Virus record (IMG/VR): IMGVR_UViG_3300035501_000580
DNA: 64,000 nt
Source of the DNA: a virus
Lineage: Duplodnaviria; Heunggongvirae; Uroviricota; Caudoviricetes
Strand: one strand, 5' to 3'
Positions 58,245 to 64,000 of the stretch are shown here, piece after piece; position 1 is the stretch's first letter, and the number at the start of each line of letters is the position of its first letter. Made by a program: the position numbers and the translations under genes. The notes beneath the pieces are model-generated. The model searched no databases. It was given only the letters and a program-made list of their open reading frames with translations, and was not told the DNA's origin.

Positions 58245-58283
58245 TTCAAAGACTGTTGCTCTATCCAACTGAGCTACCGGACC
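58245..58283 (-). tRNA. 5' exon of split tRNA (acceptor GGTCCGG, D-arm GCTC-AGTTGGATA-GAGC, anticodon stem ACAGT + loop CTTTGAA; nominal anticodon TTG)
   Basis: reverse complement of 58245-58283. Confidence 0.6.
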
Positions 58284-58376
58284 AATATTTACAAGGTTCA
58301 TTTTCTGATCAAAATTCATAAAAGTAAATCTTGCGGTGAGAACCTTTAAATTAAACTTACATATTAAATATAACAA

Positions 58377-58901
58377 CTATTCTTCATTTTTACCTCTTTT
58401 TCCTAAATTTATTTCGTAATATTTTATCTGATTTGCGAGTTCAGGGCCAAATACAACTTCTTTTGTTGAGGTATGTTCAGCCCAATCTTCGGGATGGTCT
58501 TCTCCGCCAAAAATGAAATACTTCTCACTTATTACAGAGAGTGCATCTTCGAGGATTTCAGATATAAGTTGTCTTGATAAATCTGTTCCATTAAAGAAAG
58601 CTATGACTTCTTTAAGGATACCTTTTTCTCTCAGATTAACATCAACATACGACGCACCCCGATAGACCTTAAATAATTTTTCACCCGTTTCAGGATTGTA
58701 TTTATGTAGGTCTCTAACTGCGATATATGGTTTGTTGTACTTATAGTTATCCAGAATAAACTGAATTACATCATTGACAGCTAACCAATATAAATCAGCG
58801 TCATTTCTTATTTCGGCTTGGTAATATTTCATTTTATATATTTCATTACTCCCCAGACAAAAATAAGGATACCTGCAAGAACCGGAAGTCCACCAAGACA
58901 T
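58377..58901 (-). CDS. hypothetical protein (174 aa)
   Basis: ORF downstream of promoter unit 58995-59065. Confidence 0.5.
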   Translation of the reverse strand: MSWWTSGSCRYPYFCLGSNEIYKMKYYQAEIRNDADLYWLAVNDVIQFILDNYKYNKPYIAVRDLHKYNPETGEKLFKVYRGASYVDVNLREKGILKEVIAFFNGTDLSRQLISEILEDALSVISEKYFIFGGEDHPEDWAEHTSTKEVVFGPELANQIKYYEINLGKRGKNEE

Positions 58902-58994
58902 TCGGGTGTGTAACCATTAAATGAGGCGAGGATAAGGATGATACCGAGAATTATTCTTTTCATAACTTTGTTTTTTAATTTGTTTGACTTGTTT

Positions 58995-59065
58995 TTTAAT
59001 TACACTACAAAGTTACAGGTTTTTCTCGACATAACCAAATTTTAAATGTTAATTATTTGTTAATT
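58995..59065 (-). promoter_or_regulatory. conserved promoter unit
   Basis: attacactacaaagttacaggtttttctcgacataaccaaattttaaatg. Confidence 0.65.
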
Positions 59066-59896
59066 TTTTGATGATGATAGTATTTGTTTCTCTATCAGTT
59101 TATATGACCTAAAAAACATATATGGGAGGATATTCAAATCAGAAAAACCATATGTTCCGCACGAAAAAAAATCGTGAACTTCAATAGGAACAGTGGATTC
59201 GTCTTTCAATACCGCAACATCCAAAGTATATTCTCTGAGATAGGGGATATAGGCTGACAATACATCTATCATTTCTTTGATTATATTGACATCAGGGAAT
59301 ACAGTAAAATCACCTGAGTAGTTTTGAAGTCCACTTAGTTTTTGATTATGGATAAAACAACGATACTCAGATACTATTTCTTTATCACCTATCAGTAACT
59401 CGCTAATTTGGACAGTATATTTATTATCGAAGTAATCTCTAATCTCATAGTCATAGTTTTTACCATTTGATTCGTCTTTAATGAAATGGTTAGACTTCGC
59501 GAATAGAGGTTTTTTATTATATACTGAACTGGGATAGACATTTTTAACCACTCTCTTAGCATAGTTAAACAAACATTCTGGGAGGTTTCTTGGTTGAATA
59601 TTTACATCTACATCGAGTTTAACATATTCAGACATATATTTTTTAAGGAATAATGTGACAAACTCGACGGAACCAATAGGGATAACTCGTTCGATATCAC
59701 ATTTACAAGTTAGTATATCCAATTCATTCAGTTCATCAAATGTACAGAAAGTTGTTCCCATTGAATCTGGAACACACCAATTTTGATATTTCACAGCATT
59801 GACAAGTTCCAGTTCAAAGTCATATATCACCTGATTAGTTTCCGGAGATACTTGACATAAAAACAATATAAAATCACTCTTTTTCTCCATGATCAA
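59060..59896 (-). CDS. hypothetical protein (278 aa), possibly ATP-grasp-like
   Basis: weak; segment ISELLIGDKEIVSEYRCFIH reminiscent of ATP-grasp central strand. Confidence 0.35.
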   Translation of the reverse strand: MIMEKKSDFILFLCQVSPETNQVIYDFELELVNAVKYQNWCVPDSMGTTFCTFDELNELDILTCKCDIERVIPIGSVEFVTLFLKKYMSEYVKLDVDVNIQPRNLPECLFNYAKRVVKNVYPSSVYNKKPLFAKSNHFIKDESNGKNYDYEIRDYFDNKYTVQISELLIGDKEIVSEYRCFIHNQKLSGLQNYSGDFTVFPDVNIIKEMIDVLSAYIPYLREYTLDVAVLKDESTVPIEVHDFFSCGTYGFSDLNILPYMFFRSYKLIEKQILSSSKN

Positions 59897-60434
59897 GTTT
59901 CTGCATGAATTTAATTAGTTTTTCTTTGGCTACTTTACAATGGTCATAGTCATAAAACATATTTCCCATAAATTCCCTGACTGCATCTTTCTTTACATCT
60001 CTACCAAATTTTTCCATATGAATTCCACCATCAGATGAAATAAAGTAGTAGTATGATATGGGAATGATTTCATACTTTTTATATTCTCGTTTATTTAGTT
60101 TATTGATGGTAAAAGATTCATTAGGTTCTCTTTGGTTTTTCCACCTTACAATGAGTTTATTTGGTTCATCAGACACGATAACACCATCATTTAGAATATC
60201 TTTACCATTATATCTAACAGTAATAAATTGTCCCTCTTTGTATTCAGGTATCCAAGGTGAGACTAACTTAAAATAGTCCTTATTACTAAAATCCAGACAA
60301 GGGGGAAGTTCAATACCACCATTTGTAGTATTAACTATTCCATCATTTGAGAACACTATTTTATCACCTGTTTTTATTTTTAGAGAAGGGATAGGTGCAA
60401 TCGCTTCATATGTCTTGTATTCTATATCTTCCAT
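59874..60434 (-). CDS. hypothetical protein (186 aa)
   Basis: ORF. Confidence 0.5.
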   Translation of the reverse strand: MEDIEYKTYEAIAPIPSLKIKTGDKIVFSNDGIVNTTNGGIELPPCLDFSNKDYFKLVSPWIPEYKEGQFITVRYNGKDILNDGVIVSDEPNKLIVRWKNQREPNESFTINKLNKREYKKYEIIPISYYYFISSDGGIHMEKFGRDVKKDAVREFMGNMFYDYDHCKVAKEKLIKFMQKLDHGEKE

Positions 60435-62326
60435 TAATCTTCGTATAATTTAATTTCAACATTATTTTTCTTAGCTTTCGTCATTTTACTTGATGAACCT
60501 TCCAAGTCATTAGTGAACAAAATCTTAACCTCTTTCCATGATGTTGTTTCTACATATTGAGGATGAGCCTGCAACCACAATTTCTTGGTCTTATATGATG
60601 TATTACTGGGTTCACCTGTCATGATAATAGGAATTTTATTTTCCTTTGTTTCAGTCAAATATGGGACATTAAATCGTTTCATATATACCTTAACATCATC
60701 CAATCTCACGTCGTATAGAATAATATCAACAATAGAATTTGGAATACCATCATAAGATACATCAATTCCTGACAATTTCTTAGCTAACCAAAGTGAGTTC
60801 TTCGGACCACAGTTATCAAAACCAAGTGATTCAATTATCTCATTCATAGTTAATTTTGTTCGACGTTCTTTCAGTCCATTGATTATATTGGAGGTGGATT
60901 TACTTTGACCTAATTCCTGTTCAATAAGATTAAGTGATTCATCATCCATTAATTGAATAATGTTATCAGTGTTCTTAATCTCAAACAATTTAGAAGCTAC
61001 CTTTTCACCAATACCATCAATTTTCAAGACCTTTACTGAATTGATAAACTTAATATATAGTTCATCTTGGTCTGTCATTTCTTTCATTAGATGTTCACAA
61101 CCGGACTTTTCATCAGTTTTAATCCATGTACCACTTTTAGGTAGGTCATATTCATCAGAGTGTGTCAATATCTCATAACAGAAGGGAATAATATCACCAG
61201 CTAATGAAATACGGATAGATGAACCAATACCAACATGATTACTTTTTAGATAGTCAAGATTATGAAGGGATACTCGATTTACTTTTTTACCACCAAGTAT
61301 AACATCTTCACAAATACCAACAGGATAATACTCACCAGTTTTACCTACATTCCATTCAATAGATTTAACTTTAGTTTCAACAATTTCCGGTTTGAATTTG
61401 ATAGCAACACAATCTTCTTGACGGGCACGAGTATAATCACCTAAACGATTTTGACAGTTAGGTTTAATGACAAATCCATCAAGAGGCCACTGAGTCCTTT
61501 CTCTGAAATCATCATAATAATCATATATCTCATCAAAGTCATTTAAGTCATCATAACCAAAATTCATCGGACTTACTTGTTCACCCGGTGTAAATTGAGT
61601 TTGATAAGGTACTTCCATGATAAGACCATCAGAATATACTTCACGAAAATCATAACATACCCAAGATAAGTCATTCCTCATCTCTATCTGTTCAGGAGTT
61701 CCTTCCCAATCCTGTCCAAGTAAACCAGCGACAAAACTACGGGGCATGGTGAACTTGTCTGAATATTTTTCCTCAAACAAGCTTTTCATGATTAAACATT
61801 CTCCACGAACAACGAAATATTCTGGAAGTAGATTATACTCATCATCATTAACACAAGTATCAATCCACTCATATACACCATCAATAAAGTTTCGTTTCCA
61901 TTCCTGTTCAAACCACACTTTAATGTCTTTACCATATTCACCATCACCACGAGTAGAAACAGACACCAGTTTACCTTTATTATCTATGACTACCTCAAAT
62001 GAACATCCATCAAGTTTAGGTGTTGTTTGAAATCCCCAAGAAGATGACTTGACATTTTTAGATTTGTCCAGATACTTCTTCACTTCATCAGCATACTTCT
62101 TAAAGTCCACCTTTCCATTTTCATCTTCTTTAATCTGAATTTTGGAAAGTGAACCCATGATGAAAGGATGTTTTACTGTGTATGACTTTTGGTGATGTGT
62201 ACCAATATAACCTTTGTTTTCCAAGTTGAGTTGAGACTCTAACCTGTCAAACTCCAAGTCAGTCATAATGGGTTCTCCATTATAGTAGGCTTCCTTCGCC
62301 TCATCATATAATTCTTTATCTGTCAT
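60434..62326 (-). CDS. ligA: NAD-dependent DNA ligase (LigA family), 630 aa
   Basis: N-terminal YYNGEPIMTDLEFDRL (Ia domain), adenylation lysine motif KLDGCS, C-terminal HhH IDGIGEKVASKL. Confidence 0.7.
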   Translation of the reverse strand: MTDKELYDEAKEAYYNGEPIMTDLEFDRLESQLNLENKGYIGTHHQKSYTVKHPFIMGSLSKIQIKEDENGKVDFKKYADEVKKYLDKSKNVKSSSWGFQTTPKLDGCSFEVVIDNKGKLVSVSTRGDGEYGKDIKVWFEQEWKRNFIDGVYEWIDTCVNDDEYNLLPEYFVVRGECLIMKSLFEEKYSDKFTMPRSFVAGLLGQDWEGTPEQIEMRNDLSWVCYDFREVYSDGLIMEVPYQTQFTPGEQVSPMNFGYDDLNDFDEIYDYYDDFRERTQWPLDGFVIKPNCQNRLGDYTRARQEDCVAIKFKPEIVETKVKSIEWNVGKTGEYYPVGICEDVILGGKKVNRVSLHNLDYLKSNHVGIGSSIRISLAGDIIPFCYEILTHSDEYDLPKSGTWIKTDEKSGCEHLMKEMTDQDELYIKFINSVKVLKIDGIGEKVASKLFEIKNTDNIIQLMDDESLNLIEQELGQSKSTSNIINGLKERRTKLTMNEIIESLGFDNCGPKNSLWLAKKLSGIDVSYDGIPNSIVDIILYDVRLDDVKVYMKRFNVPYLTETKENKIPIIMTGEPSNTSYKTKKLWLQAHPQYVETTSWKEVKILFTNDLEGSSSKMTKAKKNNVEIKLYED

Positions 62327-62391
62327 AATATAATTTGATTAAAAAAGTAAAAGGAGATACCTTATAAAAGATACCTCCTATATTAATTTAG

Positions 62392-62474
62392 TACCAGCAC
62401 TGGGACTCGAACCCAGACAGCACAATTGCCAAGGGATTTTAAGTCCCTCGTGTCTACCATTCCACCATGCTGGC
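62392..62474 (-). tRNA. tRNA-Leu(TAA), class II
   Basis: anticodon arm AGGGA-CTTAAAA-TCCCT, long variable arm. Confidence 0.85.
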
Positions 62475-62496
62475 ATCCTTATATTTATGTAGAAGG

Positions 62497-62967
62497 TTAA
62501 TTTACCTTTTTGTTTTTACCTCTATAATTATCTGTAAGAGCATGACAATTTGGACATAATACTTGTAAATTATCTAATCTATTGTCACTTCGATTACCAT
62601 TTATGTGGTGTAGTTCTAATGGGATTGTTTCATTTTCCCATGTTGTCCTACCACACCTCTCACATTTACAATTTTTTAAACCTTCTCGTATAAGTCTATT
62701 TTTTAGTTTATATGAATTGTAATAACATCCATCAACTAATATTTCAGATAGAGGTTTGGTTTCTATTGGCTTGAATTTTAGTCCAACATTCCAACCTTGT
62801 CCTGTAAAATGTGAAATGTCTAAATTTAACTCTTTTATCTTTTTAGTCACAGTTTCATAATTACCACCAGCAGGAATTAAACCCAATGTTTTGATAACAC
62901 CTGCAATAGAATTATTTTCAGTGACTGCTTTGACAAATTGTTCATCAGTCCATTTCTTTTTAGACAT
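62497..62967 (-). CDS. HNH homing endonuclease (156 aa)
   Basis: CKCERCG ... [29 protein letters not shown]. Confidence 0.75.
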   Translation of the reverse strand: MSKKKWTDEQFVKAVTENNSIAGVIKTLGLIPAGGNYETVTKKIKELNLDISHFTGQGWNVGLKFKPIETKPLSEILVDGCYYNSYKLKNRLIREGLKNCKCERCGRTTWENETIPLELHHINGNRSDNRLDNLQVLCPNCHALTDNYRGKNKKVN

Positions 62968-63010
62968 ATCTGAATTAAACTACATATTAAATATAACAAA
63001 AATACTTAGA

Positions 63011-63997
63011 TTATTTGGATTTCTTCATCTTTTTTTCATTTTTTACTTGTTTCAAAAGACTGGGAAGTTGTCTATAACATTCAGTTTCTGTTATCGTCGG
63101 TCGTGCGAAAGCTTGTTTTAATAGTTTATCCTTAATCTCCTGAACTTCTTTACATGGTTCTAACTCCAAACTATACATGATATCATCTCCACTAATAGGT
63201 AATTTATATCCAAACATAGGATTATTAATATGTTTCATGAAGTAATCGAATTGACCTGTTACATTGTGTTCAGGAGCATGGGACATATTATCACATTCGA
63301 TAAGTTTACACAGTCTGATATACATTTCGGTCGTACCACATTCATAAACTAACTTATTAAATGACTTTTCTTTCATCTTACAACAGTCATTTCCAAAGTT
63401 CTTAGTTCTCATGTGATTTCTTACCAACCAAGATACTTTTTTGACAGTTTTATTATCAAATTTGAGGTTGTATAACATTTTCTGGGCATACTTTACGGAA
63501 TAAACCTCATGTTCATAAAAATGTACTTTATTATCTTTACGAATTTGGGTTTCAATTTTTCCATAATCATGACAAATACAAGCCAACGCATTGATTAGGT
63601 CAGGTTCATAATGGTTCTGGTAGTATTCAAGAACGGCCATTGTGTGTTCATAAACGTCACCAAAATGATATTCGTTTTGTTCCATACCCATCATGTGTCT
63701 AAATGTGTTATCGACGAAATCCATTACTTTGGTTTCACATAAAGTTCTAACACCATAGACAGGATTTTTTGACACGAGGATTTTAGAGAACTCATCACGT
63801 ATTCTCTCTCTTGAAATGATATTAAGACCATATCTATTTTCGATTAGACCTTCATATGTTTTCTTATCAATATCAAAACCAAGGACAGTGGCCATACGAA
63901 TACATCTCATAATACGAAGTGGATCATCATTGAAAGTAGTGTTTACATCTTCCAAAGGACATCTAATGATTTTGTTCTTAATGTCATCCAATCCCAT
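63011..63997 (-). CDS. tRNA nucleotidyltransferase (CCA-adding enzyme) C-terminal body incl. HD-like region; N-terminal catalytic head lies beyond the window edge
   Basis: FNDDPLRIMRCIRMATVLGFDID = hallmark ED.LR.LRA.RFAA.LGF of class-II CCA enzymes/poly(A) polymerases; CHDYGK HD-like motif; ORF open at window boundary. Confidence 0.6.
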   Translation of the reverse strand: MGLDDIKNKIIRCPLEDVNTTFNDDPLRIMRCIRMATVLGFDIDKKTYEGLIENRYGLNIISRERIRDEFSKILVSKNPVYGVRTLCETKVMDFVDNTFRHMMGMEQNEYHFGDVYEHTMAVLEYYQNHYEPDLINALACICHDYGKIETQIRKDNKVHFYEHEVYSVKYAQKMLYNLKFDNKTVKKVSWLVRNHMRTKNFGNDCCKMKEKSFNKLVYECGTTEMYIRLCKLIECDNMSHAPEHNVTGQFDYFMKHINNPMFGYKLPISGDDIMYSLELEPCKEVQEIKDKLLKQAFARPTITETECYRQLPSLLKQVKNEKKMKKSK

Positions 63998-64000
63998 CTT

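Noticed and set aside
62350-62380. Terminator hairpin between tRNA-Leu(TAA) and the ligase gene
   Set aside because: The stem is only 5 bp (aggag/ctcct) with a large interior, and there is no T-run. It is more likely an RBS-containing leader for the ligase gene.
623-63121. Plus-strand ORFs of 60-120 aa in the supplied track
   Set aside because: All are embedded antisense within longer minus-strand ORFs or within tRNA or repeat regions. They have low-complexity, AT-driven translations and no promoter or RBS context, so they are treated as spurious.
1-64000. Integrase or attachment site, or prophage boundary
   Set aside because: No tyrosine or serine recombinase motifs appear in any translation, and no direct repeats flank a tRNA 3' end in the way an attL/attR would. 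The uniformly phage-like content suggests the window is internal to a phage genome.

Overview
This 64 kb window is AT-rich, and every supportable gene lies on the minus strand. It looks like part of a large lytic bacteriophage of a Bacteroidetes host. The host call rests on recurring near-identical promoter units with a TTTG -33 box and a TAnnTTTG -7 box.

Content by region:
- 0-12 kb: densely packed small ORFs of unknown function, plus a 714-aa protein built from six tandem ~95-aa repeats.
- 12.8-13.5 kb: tRNA cluster 1, with two tRNAs that share an atypical anticodon arm, tRNA-Lys(CTT) and a tRNA-like gene. It is flanked by paralogous genes and palindromic ATGTCTCACGACAT hairpins.
- 15.2-17.1 kb: a zinc-less SIR2-family protein.
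- 17-27 kb: several peptidoglycan hydrolases (RlpA-like and SLT here; GH108 and CHAP further on at 48.8 and 50.6 kb) and an OmpA-like outer-membrane protein.
- 27.7-30.7 kb: a tandem array of five paralogous genes with an embedded GNAT acetyltransferase.
- 31.5-35 kb: an SPFH lipoprotein, a CX5R phosphatase, a minimal nucleotidyltransferase and a mini ABC-type ATPase.
- 38.2-39.4 kb: a 424-aa pol-beta nucleotidyltransferase, followed by two tiny 2-TM proteins.
- 41-47.6 kb: replication and nucleotide metabolism, namely an SF1 Dda/RecD-like helicase, an HNH endonuclease, Dam methylase, thymidine kinase and GMP reductase.
- 48.7-58.3 kb: tRNA island 2 with about 20 tRNAs and several tRNA fragments. 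It is interleaved with five HNH homing endonucleases and one PD-(D/E)XK-like nuclease. One tRNA gene is split in its anticodon loop by a ~620-bp insert that encodes an HNH endonuclease.
- tRNA-related proteins: a Thg1-like tRNA(His) guanylyltransferase, a YqeY/GatB-like protein and a partial CCA-adding enzyme.
- 60.4-62.3 kb: an NAD-dependent DNA ligase.

The most interesting candidates are a phage tRNA maintenance and repair toolkit tied to the homing-endonuclease-ridden tRNA island, the split tRNA, the SIR2 protein, the diversifying paralogue array, and two GC-elevated ORF-free regions that look like structured ncRNAs.
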